From Cycas panzhihuaensis (lineage: Eukaryota; Plantae; Cycadophyta), in contig CM041465.1 of NCBI GenBank assembly GCA_023213395.1, positions 48,491,741 to 48,555,740 of the forward strand: DNA of 64,000 bases, given 5' to 3'. Below, in pieces: positions 26,301 through 38,800 of the stretch. A model generated the notes under the pieces. It was not told the DNA's origin and did not search any database. It saw only the letters and a list, made by a program, of their open reading frames with translations. Numbering within the stretch: the stretch's first letter is position 1; the number at the start of each line of letters is the position of its first letter. A program made the position numbers and the translations under genes.

Positions 26301-27599
26301 CCAATGTCGCCTACTTATACTAAGGAAAAATTGGCCATCTTGTTGTTGAATATAGGAGATGATATATATGATTCATTTTTTCCTACCATCACCACTTTTT
26401 CATTCTATTTGACCTATCATTGGAAGATATATATGATACATATTAATATGAAGGTGTACAATCCATAAAAAGAAATATATTTGATGCATTTAAAACACAA
26501 TATTCTCTTAGAAATCATCACTTGGAAAGTATGTAGTCTACAAAAAACTATATACACTATTATGACATGATCATAAACATTGTTTATGCAACAATATTCC
26601 TTAGCATGTATTATTGATTGCAACATATACTTAAATATTATATTGTGATAGCGTGAGCATAACATTATCAATGAAATATATTAATCACTCAAAGGACATT
26701 TTTGAAATCATATAATATAACTTGTTGCCTACTATCATTGCATTAAGTATATAAGAAATATTGAATAAAAGTGTATGAGAAGGTAAAACTTAAATGAAGG
26801 AAATAAATACTAAATTTATCACCATTGTATAAGCCATATATATAACAACCTCATATTAGTGGAGGCATCTATATAACCTCTACATCAGGTGGGCCCATAT
26901 AGCCATCATTACATAATCTATAATAATCTACTAGTGCTCATACTCACATTAGTAGCTAGGCACTGAGGATAGGGCAATATCACATCATAATTTTTCTTCT
27001 TAATCAACATGTGTATATGTGTTTGTGTATACGAATATATATTCATTAAAGCTGAAAATATATTTAATCCTCTCTTTACTAGGCATAAATATCTATTTAT
27101 TGTAGTCTATTATAATGCTCATACAAAGTTCTATTATTGGCATTGAGCTTAGCACTGATAAATATATTAACAACTAAATTATTAACTTTGAGTGGATATT
27201 CATAAAGTATTGCCTTGGCAATTGGGAAAGAGTAAATAGTCTTGTTATTTAATTATCAACATTTGTTATTAATTACTTTGGATGTAATAGACTGAAAATT
27301 CATAAGTTAAAGACAATTTGGGTATATTCATAATATTTTAAGTGCCTTTACCTTATATTATTGACTTTATATGTGTAATAATTTTAGTTGTGAACTATGG
27401 AAGTATAAATCAACCTATGGTATATGTGATTATTATTAATATCAACATCAAGCCATTGAATGTATTAACCATTAATTGTATACTAACATATTGCATGAAA
27501 GCACCCATTGACATACGTACTAGAAAATTAAATACTAGATGATATAAACTAACTCACTGAGCAACTTGTGAATTGGAAACTAGAGCTTCATTTCAATTC

Positions 27600-28050
27600 C
27601 CTAAAATATACAATAAAGTATAAGAAGATATGAAGAATGGTAAATAAGAGAGACTCTAGTAATGATGTTAATGCTCATCTTAATAGCATTGAATAATAGG
27701 TGGAACGTATGAATGATAAGATCCAAAACTTTATATCAAAGCAAAGTGACCCTAGACTTAAAACTCCTATATTTCATGATAATAGGGTAAATAATAACAA
27801 CCAAGTAATTTTTTAATATAAAAGATAGTTAATTATTCCTAACTTTAGCATCAAGGCTTAATCAATTTTGATGGATGGATCACTAATCTTGAAGTGGTAT
27901 TCAATGAACTTAATACTCTAGGTGAAAAGGTTTATTTTTCCATCAACCATATGGAAGGGCATTTATATATGTGGGCACAAAAATGGTTTTTCAACCATGT
28001 ATTTATCCTTTAAGATGAATTCATTGATGTTATTCATAATTACAGTAAAG
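27600..28050 (+). pseudogene. Gypsy-type gag fragment
   Basis: FDGWITNLEVVF-like capsid motif ~27865-27905 amid stops. Confidence 0.35.
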
Positions 28051-28099
28051 GACCCAACTCCACTCTTTATAAGGCTCAATTATCTTATTTCTTCCAATA

Positions 28100-29900
28100 A
28101 AACTCTTTGGTTGAGGAATTCATAGAGAGTTTTGAGAACTCTTTTTATATAACATATAAAGCATTCATCAACTAACACTAAACGATCTCAATAGACAAGA
28201 ATCACAACTTAACATCAAGAGATTATATCAAAATATCAACTGTACCATGGGCTCTATATGAGTCTCCATGATCACTTATTTTTATATTACCTTCATCCAC
28301 CTTTATATATGTAATAGGTGAGAGGGTATACATCAAAAGTAATGCATGTGAGACTATTACTTTTACCCAAACTAACTTAACTAATTATAGATCACTTTAA
28401 TACTATTGACCCTAAGACTCATTAAAAATTATATTCTAACACCTCCCCTTAATATTTAATGTTTGAACTATGGACAATTTGACATGACTGACACACATTA
28501 ACATAGGACTTGACTTGAAACTAAAGACAACATGACAAAATTGGCATAGAGCTTAACTCTAAAAAGTTATTTGAACTTCCATCTCCTGAGCTTTGGAATT
28601 TTCCTAAAGATGATATCTTGAGCTTCATCTTCATCCTATGTACTGCAAAACCTGTATGCTTTATTTGGTATATTACCTCTTGATTCATGTTTGATGGATC
28701 TTCCTGTGTACTCCTGATGAAGGTGTGGTTGTCCTAGAATAAGTATGAAATAAATTGACTTCTTTTTATCTATTTCCAAGTTTGCTAAGCTGATTGATTT
28801 CTCAATCCATTGATCACCTCCTTGAAATGAAATAAGTAACAATGATCCATTTCTAGATTTTCCTTGAACAAGATACTTTGTTCCTTTTTTGTTATCCAAG
28901 GAATTTGTAGTGCAAAAAGTAATGAGAGTCTTTATTGTGGTCATATGCACATATTTTCCTATTACTGCTACACAAATATGAAACATTACCTTGATATGGT
29001 TGAACTTCAAGATCAAGTATCCTACCCAAAACATGTAGCAATCTTGATGCACAAGATTTTGATTATAAGACACATTCCTTCCTTCTAATATCCTTATAGG
29101 ATATGCTACCATAATTTGGATTCTCTCAAAGATAAACATAGAAGATGTGGTTGAATTGAGTACAATAATACATAGTCTCTAATAAGTGCATATTAGTGTG
29201 TATCCCATCATCATTTGAATCCTGGCTACATATCTGTCAGCACAATCCAGGATGATATTGCCTGTGCTTTTTGTTAAGTGACCTATGCCTTCATTAAGTA
29301 TTACCTACAGAGATTGAGGTTCAAGTTCTTCAAGTTCCACTCTACTAGTATTTCCAAATGTAGGATTTCCTGCAATATTGGTAAGGATCATGTTATTTGA
29401 CAGATTCACATCTTTATTATCTTCATTAGATTTCAACTTTTCATTTGTTAAGTCTTTAGGTGGATTGGCCTCACTAGAGTTAATTTTTCTTTCACTTTTT
29501 CTTTTCAACTTCTTCCTTTAGTTCCGTGACCTTCTGATATACTTTTGTACTTCTTCAGGTCCTTGTTCATGTACTTCTACTAACAAGTTCCATGCTTCTT
29601 TAACTAAGTCCATATTTTGAAGTGTTTGCGTAAGAAAGTAATATTAGGAGTGGAGGTTCTCCTTGTTGAAGGCTGTAATCATGGCATCAATGGCTACTCT
29701 ATTTTTCTTCATGAAGTTTACCTCCTCTTCATAATTAATTGAAACTCTTCTAAGTACAAGGTTCCATAGCCCTTTTATTCTAAAAATGCATTCCATCTTA
29801 ATTTTCCATATTTGAAAATTGACTCCAACATATTTAGGTAACACTATGTTGGTGTTTATTACCTAAAACTCCCTTTTTTTTGCTACAAAGGTAATAACCT
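28100..29900 (-). mobile_element. Internally deleted Ty1/Copia derivative (gag N-terminus, RNase H trace, PPT, 3' LTR)
   Basis: ORF 29644-29844 LPKYVGVNFQIWKIKMECIFRIKGLWNLV is a typical Copia gag N-terminus; FNHIKVMFH in ORF 28636-29139 resembles RTKHI..R.HF; CCTCCCCTTA (PPT, 28442-28451) abuts LTR end ...TTCTAACA at 28441. Confidence 0.7.
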
Positions 29901-30862
29901 CACTCAACTCCATATTGTATGGCAAAGTTGAGCTAGAAAATATTACCCAAAGAAGATTTACCCTTTGGGTCCTCCCTGCCCATTGGCTGCTCTGTCAAGC
30001 TTTGCAATCCTCGTTCCAACTTTTCCTCCCTTTTTGATGGTGAAGGATGTCAAGATAGATCACAACTTGCAATCTAGGAGTGTTTTCTGCTATGGCTACT
30101 CTATAATTATTTAAGATGAATAATATGGGGACTAGATGGGGAAGACTCTAAAGAATTGATGTTAACTACTAATTTCGTTGTGAAAGAGAATGGCAAACCA
30201 TTTAGCAAAATAATAATCTATTTACAAATTCTTAATCAATTCACCTCAATAATTGTAGTAGTGACAGAAATAAATTCATGATGTCTAAGTAGAGGACTAC
30301 CAAAGCCCAAATGTACTAGTCGTAGTTGTACCTCTTAATTAGGTTATAAGTATCATAAATAATGTATCTAGAGAATATGAGTGCTGCCAAACATCCATAA
30401 ATAGTTGTTGAGAGAGATCCAAAGGGAAAGAAAGCATGAATTAGACCAAAACAATTGGACCTAGAAAACTAAAATCTTTGCCCTTCTTTGATGCCTAGAA
30501 TGTATACCATATAAGTAAAAACATGACTACAACTGTCAATATTAATGCCTCAATTATGAATGTATGAGGTAGTTCAGTTGTAAGGCTCAAAACAATAGTG
30601 AACAATCTTAGCAACACAAGATTAATTAGATGCTTCTGATGATAACAGTAGAGAGGACACAGTAAAATTAGAGGTAATAAGGTGATGCTAATAGAGAGGC
30701 CTAGCATTTTAACCAAGAACAATGTGAAAGGAGTATATGTGATGTCGGTCGAAGCAACAATTAATGTGAGAAGGAATTGCACGCTCACTAAAAAACCATT
30801 TGCTTCCCCTATCAAAACTGGTTGCTCCACCAACAAATCATTCACTATCATGTGTCATGAAA

Positions 30863-31620
30863 TCAATGTCGACTACGAGAATAATCATCTCAATCACGTG
30901 CAGCAGAGGATCCTCCCCTAGGTCCAGGAAATCGTGAAAACTACAATCTTAAAGAGACTAAATCACATTCATTTTCATCAAACTTGTAACCTTACAGAGC
31001 TTTCAGGGTAGTTGCTGCACAACTTGCATTACCAAAATTCATAAAACACAGAACAATAGGGTCACCTCTAGGATGTCTAGCTTCCTTATTCACCATCTTA
31101 ACTTGCTTGAAGCCAACAAAAGGATGAAAAATGTGAGCTGCTTCTCTTTGTGTATAATTTACAAGAAGACCTTCAACAAATAGTGTATTAGATGCATCTA
31201 TTGGAAGATGTTCTTTAGGCCTCCTTAAAGGATCTCTAAGGACATCTGGCCGGCCCTTTCCAACAAGGGCTAGATCTATACTTTTAATTCCCATCCTTTG
31301 GCCTATTAAAATAGAATCATCAAAAGTAGATCAAGACAAAAAACTACTAGTTGTTCTACCCAATCCTATTCCACCCAGACCACTAAGATCACCTCCTGAT
31401 AAACTAGTTGTGCCATATGGAGGAATCCTATTTCGAATATAGCAGTCATAGGCTGGTCCAAGGGGATTTGTTTCCCTTAACAAATGATGACCACCTTTAT
31501 CTTCAAGTCGAGGATCATCAATCCTCAATCCATAATAACTGCATACATATACCTTCAATGGAATAAAATGATAGGTGCTGCAAACTTTTCATTGGTCCAC
31601 CAGCCTTCAAATCATATGTC
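30863..31620 (-). pseudogene. Decayed, apparently intronless copy of a nuclear speckle RNA-binding protein (NSR/RBP1-like single-RRM) gene
   Basis: DASNTLFVEGL...TQREAAHIFHPFVGFKQVKMVNKEARHPRGDPIVLCF...CAATTLKAL*GYKFDE..., then FSRFPGPRG...SRH* (stop 30863-30865); upstream LRETNPLGPAYDCYIR matches the NSR N-terminal motif. Contains stops and frameshifts. Confidence 0.85.
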
Positions 31621-31644
31621 AAAACTATTTTCCTTTCATCTCTA

Positions 31645-32900
31645 CTACAAACATAACAGAAAGAGATAGAATAAAGGACAAAATATATTGAAACATAGAA
31701 GAGAGACACACTAAAATCTTTGCTAACCAATAGAGAATGTTCACCCATATACACACCTGAGTTGTTTTAAGGACAATAGCCCAAGCTCCAGGTATTTACT
31801 TCTAATGGCCAAACTATATTTTTATCATTCTCCAATGACCTGTTAATTAAGTAAACAAGCTAGACAAAGAAGGTAGCATCACACTCTTCTAATATCAGGT
31901 GCATCTTGTTGCCTTGTGCTAGAATCATTGGATCCAAAATGACTAGTATGAGGAACACTGGCACTTTGCCTCTTTACCAAGCTGTTAACCAGATATGCAC
32001 TCTTAGATTTCCATAAGCCTTCTAGAGTTTTGGCCTCGAGTTCAACAATTGATTTCTAAAGATGTTATTTCTTCAACTGCTTAAGCCCTTTATCCACAGT
32101 AGAGCCCTAGTCTAAAATTTTTATATCTCCCTAGAAAGAATTTGGCTTGTCCCTAAGAGATACTCCACCCTTATAGAAACCAATGTATGATTCACACTTT
32201 CCTAGCTTGTCAACATCACAAGAAGTACTTATAGAACTTGCAAAGGATGCTTTGAGATCATTACTTGTCAATTCACATTATAAACCTGTTGCATCTAGCC
32301 AGAGACCTTCTTGGCATTAAAGGCTTATTGTTCCTAATAATGAAATGTTTACCATGCTCATCCATGGACTCAAAGTACATAGAAAATAATCCTAGAGATT
32401 GTTAGATCTGATGTTGGCTAAGGGATATCTGATCATGGGAATTTTAATGGTACTATTTCTTGGCAGTTGGTAATTCTCACTTGCTTGTAGTCTCTGAATA
32501 TTCCCAGCTGTGAAAATTGAGGAATTCAAATTTATAATGAGCACAGCATTAAGAGATCTAGCATTTTACAAACATGGTCAATGAAAAATAAAGAGAATTC
32601 TAGAAATAGAAATAAAGTATTGATCTTACCTCCTCAAGGTGACAACCAAAATAGATGCTTGTAAAGAATTGGTTGGAGGGAAGTCTTTTATATGAGAGAT
32701 TTATTACCCCTCCTTCTTCCTTATATATAAGTTAGAGGGCCTACAAGATAAATGATTTACTAAGAAATCCACTACACACACATAGAGATATATATATATA
32801 TATCTGTGTTGTGTGTGTGTGTGTGTATAGATAAAGAAAGAAAGAAAATTCTTTTCTAGAAAAAGAAAACCAAATGCTACCCGAAAAAGAAACAAACTAA
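31645..32900 (-). pseudogene. Intron-bearing cellular-gene-like 5' fragment joined to the RRM copy
   Basis: Minus-strand TATAAAAG (~32685-32692); candidate intron 32629-32508 (GAG|GTAAGA ... TTTTCACAG|); ~750-bp stop-containing exon-like block; candidate intron 31756-31645 (CAG|GTGTGT ... pyrimidine-rich ... TTTGTAG|). Confidence 0.45.
32774..32830. repeat. Compound microsatellite (CA)n-(TA)n-(TG)n
   Basis: acacacacatagagatatatatatatatatctgtgttgtgtgtgtgtgtgtgtatag seen directly. Confidence 0.9.
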
Positions 32901-33729
32901 GAAAGATTGGTGGAAGTGTCTATGAATGGCTTCCATCCACCAATATAACAAAGGCTCCCTAAGTATACTTAGGTGCCATCCCCTACTTTACAACTTTTCT
33001 AAATAATGGATGAAATAATAAGTTATGAGAAGGAGGAAACACTTGTCTATTTATTTAAAGGAAAATTATGAAACATAAAGGAAACTAACTATCATGTCCT
33101 ACCATTCAATCACAGGAGCACAACATGAAGATGGAAATAAATTGAGTAGAAAGTAATGACCATAATAAATAAAAGGAAGTGGATTACCTTTACCTCTAGG
33201 AGAATGGATGGATAAAGGCTATTATTCTTTCCCTTTAAGAACCCCTAAGTTATGTTTGGTGATGCTTTTAATCTCTAAATGGATACTAGTAGAATGGATT
33301 AAATTGCCAAAGTTCTAAGGAAAATACATCAACATAAAAATAGTGTAGAATAATATCAAGGCTTCCTCCCCTCCTAATGGAAAAAGAAGGGATTAAATAG
33401 AAAACATAAAGGTGAGGTGTTGGTGGTTTCTTTTCCATAACATAAAGAAAACCATCAACCTAAAACTATGAGTTTTTCTCATGGTTTGATGAAATTAACA
33501 TGGTAAGAATAAGATTTTTAGAGGATCTGGGCCTCTTAGGCCTCTTAAATGTAACAAGGGTCAACCTAGGACTGACACAATTTGTTAAGGTCTAATAATA
33601 AGTCATTAATGAGCCAACTATCACTGAAATTCTTAAATCTAGGTTGGTGATAGTCATATCGTTAATATATTCATGATATTATAAATATGTTTATGGTATT
33701 ACAAAGTATTTTTTTATACCACAATTATA

Positions 33730-33960
33730 GATAGGTATGATTAAGTACAATTAAGTATGATTAAGTACAACTATATGTGACTAGGTATGACTATATGCAA
33801 TTAGGTGTAATCCAAAGTATGACCAAGTGTAACCTAAGGTATGACTAAGTGTGACCAAGTGTGAATTGAGATATGACTAGGTGTGACTATGTATAACTAG
33901 GTTTGATCAAGTGCAACATGAGGTATGATCAACTATGACCAAATATGACTAGGTAAAATC
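33730..33960 (+). repeat. Degenerate ~10-bp tandem repeat (inferred ancestor ~GGTGCGACCA)
   Basis: ggtatgatta agtacaatta agtatgatta ... agtgtgacca agtgtgaatt ... ggtgtgacta units. Confidence 0.8.
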
Positions 33961-35885
33961 AAAGTGGTATGGTAATAATTTAGATTTTTACATAAGACAA
34001 CCATGTAATCAAACTAAAAACTCACTAATGAGAAACTTTAGGGGAAGATACAATCAATAACAAGTGAAAAAAAGGTAAAAATAAAACCTAATATGTTAAA
34101 GAAATGACAAAGAATTAAAGTTGTAACTAGGGGAGATAACATTATTTTCAGTGTAAGGAGTCTGGTGTGTGGACTAAATGACCATGGGCCAAAGTTGTAC
34201 TCATTATCAGTAAAAAGGAAGCCATGGACAAGTATTTAAACAAGTAAATAAAGAATACATTAATTATCTAAACTCATGATATAATAAAATATGATGTGAA
34301 AAAAGTTGAGAAGCATACCTATATGTGCCTATTTATTATTATATCCAAGCCTATTTCTAGAAGCTAGGAAATACATGCATGCATATCAAAATAACACCTT
34401 AAGCTAGACTAGACTCATGACCTTTTGTAATGACATGAGTTAGTTTGTTAATATATCCATAGGACTCACACCTAATTATGGCATGGAGCATATTATTAAA
34501 ATGAATCTAAGATAAGGTCTTATTTTAGTTCATCCCTATAGGTATGGCCATAGACAAGTGATAAAGATTGAACGACTTAGTAATGACCTTCTATAACTTG
34601 GAGTCATCACTTATAGTAAAGTTTCTATATAACTCTAGTCATCTTGGCTCATAAAAAAGATGGATACTTCTATCTTTCTATATATTCTTAGGTATTAAAT
34701 TCAATGGCAATAAAGAATAAATTCTCCATTCTTAGAATGGATGATATTATCGATGAACTTCATTGTATATTATTATTTTCAAGGATTGATCTACAGTATG
34801 ATTATTATTAGATTCCTATTAAAATAATTGATTATGAGAAAATAACTTTTAGGACATATAAAAAACTAGATAAATTTAAAGCCATGCCCTTTGGCCTCAT
34901 GATGCTCTAGTAACATTCCTAGCCACAATGAATAAGGTACTAGATCCTTTTCTACACAAGTTTATTATGGTTTTCTTTGACGACATCTTAGTCTATAGTA
35001 AGTATTAGTAACAATAATTTAATTATTTAGATAAGGTGTTATGAGACTTGAGTTAAAAGAAGTTGTTTACTATGTTGGGGTTAATGCTCATCACCCCACT
35101 CCTACCTTCCAACTAGGAGTGCACAACTCATCTTTATCAATTTATACATGTGGGTGCTCAACATGTGTAGGTAAGTATAAGGTAAGTTTAGTTAATTTGA
35201 GTTAAGCTTCTTTTGAGTTAAGTTTGTATTATTTTATTATTATTTAAATTTTAGGGGTTGAGGAGTTTCCCTCCTCCCCCAAACTATATAATTTGAGGGG
35301 TCTACAACCCTAGTATCTTTAGACACCGCCTTCAATATTGGATATTTGTAACTCTCTTCTTACAATATGGATTGAATACAATGGCTCTCATGATTATGTA
35401 ACAATGATGTATTGAAGTTTTAATTATCTCTTTTATATTCTACCATGTTCTCTATCTTTTTATTTCCTTCATCTAGTATCAGAGTGTCGTTTAGCTCCAT
35501 TATTTTCCTTCATCCGGTATCAGAGTAAGATTGTTGGGCTATTACATCTCTTATTGAAGTTTTTTTTTTAAGAAGAAATATTTATTGGCATCTTGATGTA
35601 GATCTACTTACAGTAAGAAAGGTTGGTTATATTCGTTTTCTAAAAAAAATTTCAGCAGCCTTTTTATATTTTTTATCAAATTTGATTACTCTTGAAGATA
35701 TACTTGTGATTTAATAAATATATTTTAGATTTTCTTCAGATTTATGTAGGCGTATAGCTATAAACAATAAATATCATGTTTTATCACTTTACATAGGTTT
35801 CATCAACAAGTTTTATATATTTTCTATCATATATTTGACTATTTTCAAGCATATTTCATCTATTTATCCAATACTTTTTTAGATC

Positions 35886-38800
35886 TGTTAAGACAAAGAC
35901 AGAGGAGAACAAGGAAATTTGAGAGAAAAACTCATTGTCTTGTATTCATGAAGAAGATGTACATTTATACAATGTCAAAAACCAACCACCTTTAACTCCC
36001 ATAATGAGAAGTTGACAAGTGGCCTTTTTTAACTTAATGACTTTGGATTAGTGATATAACATTATATTCTAACACCCTCTCTTAATGTTTTATCTAACTA
36101 ATCCAATTTTGTCTCTTAATATTTGGAAACGATCATTTCCCAAGGGTTTTGTTAGAATGTCTGCCACTTGATTTTGAGTTGGACAATATTTTAGATCTAT
36201 TTCTTTATTTTGGACCTTTTCTCGAATGAAGTGATGCTAAACTTCTATGTGTTTTGTTCTTGCATGGAATACATGATTCTTTGTTAACTTGATGACACTT
36301 TGATTATCACAGAAGAGGTCTGTAGCTATTGCTTGTGATACTTCCAGATCTTCCAAGTTGCACGAGCTAAAGCTGCTCGTGGTGGCACTTCTTGACTTGT
36401 ATTCTACTTACATTGATGGCGATTACAGCTTGGTTGTTTCTTGCGACTTCAAGATATTGGTGAAGATCCTAGAAAGAAACAAGATCCACTAGTCAATTTC
36501 TTTGTTCCTTATCACACCGATTTGAGTCACGTAACCCATTTAAGTGAAAGGATTTTCTCTTGAGTACTTTAGCTTTAAATCTATTGTCCCTTTGAGATAT
36601 CTTAAGATTCGTTTGGCGGCATTCGATGTCTCTGCTTGGGTTCATGCATGTATCTGGAGATCAAGCTCACAAAGATAGGCAATATCAGTCCGGTTGTGAG
36701 ATAAATCAAACTTCCGACAAGTTGTCTGTACAAATTTGGATTGCTATTTGCCTCTGTTGGATCTGGGACAAGGTTGCAGTTGACTTCCATCGGGGTTGCG
36801 CAGGAGTTGCAGTTTTCCATTTTGAACTTGGTTAACAAATCACTGACGTATCTGCTTTGACTTAGGGTGATTGAGCCATCTTGCTGTTCAACTTGAATTC
36901 CCAAATAATAGTTTAGCAATCCTAAATCTGTCATTTCAAATTTGTTTCCTAGTTATTTTTTGATGTCTGCAATAGAATCATCGTCATTACCTGTGAGAAT
37001 CATATCATCCACATATACTGCTATTATAGTTATTTTACCGTTCCTCGACTTTGTATACATGCTTGAGTCAGCACTGCTCCTTTGGAATCCATACTCACAC
37101 AGATGTTGGTCAAGCTTGGCATACCAGGCTCGAGGTCCTTATTTCAACCCATACAAGGCCTTTTTTAACCTGCAGACCAGATGTTCTTATCCTGGTTCAA
37201 TATATCCTTCAGGTTGAGATAGATAGACTTCTTCTTGAATTTCTCCATTTAGGAAAGCACTTTTAACATCTAATTGATATACTTTCCAATTTTTGTGTGT
37301 TGCCAACGCAATAATTGTTCTGATTGTATTTAGTTTGGCAACTGGTGAGAAGGTTTCTTCATAGTCTATACCTTCTGTTTGAGTGTATCCCTTAGCAACA
37401 AGTCTAGCCTTGTATTTTTCTACTTGGCCATTTGAACCTCTTTTAATTTTGAAGATCCACTTGCAATCTACAACTGATTTGTTGGGAGGCAAATTAACCA
37501 ATTCCCAAGTTTGATTTTCGATAATGGAGTCAAATTCAATGTCCATTACTTTTCTCCATTCTACATGATCTTTGGCTTCTTCAAAGGATTGTGGTTCTAT
37601 ACTGCATGCCAAGGCTTTTGGTTTTGACTTGGTTCTATGGGGGAGAATTTCCCCTTTGCTTTCTTCTATGGTTTTTAAATACCATTTTGGAACTTTCGTT
37701 ACTTTCTCTGTTGGGTAATTCCCGTCAATTTCCTGATTAGAATCTGAAGTTGAATCTGAAGATGAAGATTCATCTGAAGTTGATGTGTTTGAATCCTTTA
37801 CATCTGGAGCAGGATGAGGAATCATTTCAATTTCTCGAGATTGTCTAGAGTTTTTATTTTCTTCATTGAAAACAACATCTCTGTTGACATAGATCTTGTT
37901 AGTTTTAGGATCTATGCATTTGTACGCTTTTGAGTTTTTACTATATCCGATCATTATGTATTCTAGACTTTTTGAGTCTAACTTCGCCTTTTCTTGCGGA
38001 ATGTGAACAAAAGCTTGACTACCAAATACCTTTAGGTGACTTATGTCGCTTCCTTCCACCCATGCTTCTTCCGGAGTGAGATTTTCAAGCGCCCTTGTTG
38101 GGCTTCTATTCATCAAATAGCATGATGTACTTCGCTTACATTGTCGTTTTGATACATTCTTTGAATGTATCATGCAACGTGCCATTTCAACAATGGTTCG
38201 ATTCTTTCTTTCAAGAACTCCGTTGGGTGAGGTGTGTATGGAGTTGTGAGTTGTCTTCGAATTCCTCTGGATTTGCAATAGTTCATAAAATCCTGTGAGA
38301 TGTATTCTCCCCCTCCATCTGATCGAATGCATTTGACTTTGGTATTGCTCTCCAATTTGGCTTCAGCTTTGAATTCTTTGAATGCATCTAAAGCTTCTGA
38401 CTTAGTATGTAAGAAATAGACCCAGACTTTCCTTGTTAGGTCATCTATGAAAGTAATAAAGTATTTCTTTTGCTATGAGAAGAGGGGTAAATGGTCCACA
38501 GAGATCAGTGTGGACTAGTTCTAATTTCTCCTTTGCACGCCATTTACTTTCTTGAAAGGGCATTCTGTGTTATTTACCAAATTGACAATCTTTGCAAAAG
38601 AATTGATCAGATGTGAAATGTGGCAAGCCACTTACTAATCTAGTCTTCTACATATTCTTTAACTTATCTATGGGAAGATGACCATACTTAAAATGCCATA
38701 TTTTGTTATTATGGTTCGTAACAGAAAATGCTTTTACATCAGATTGAACAGGTTGTGAAAGCACATGCTGAATCATTTTTTTCGACTCCTTTTGCAATTA

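Noticed and set aside
28100-33000. Single Copia element enclosing the RRM retrocopy between matching LTRs
   Set aside because: No second LTR matching 28100-28441 is visible, so cargo status is unproven.
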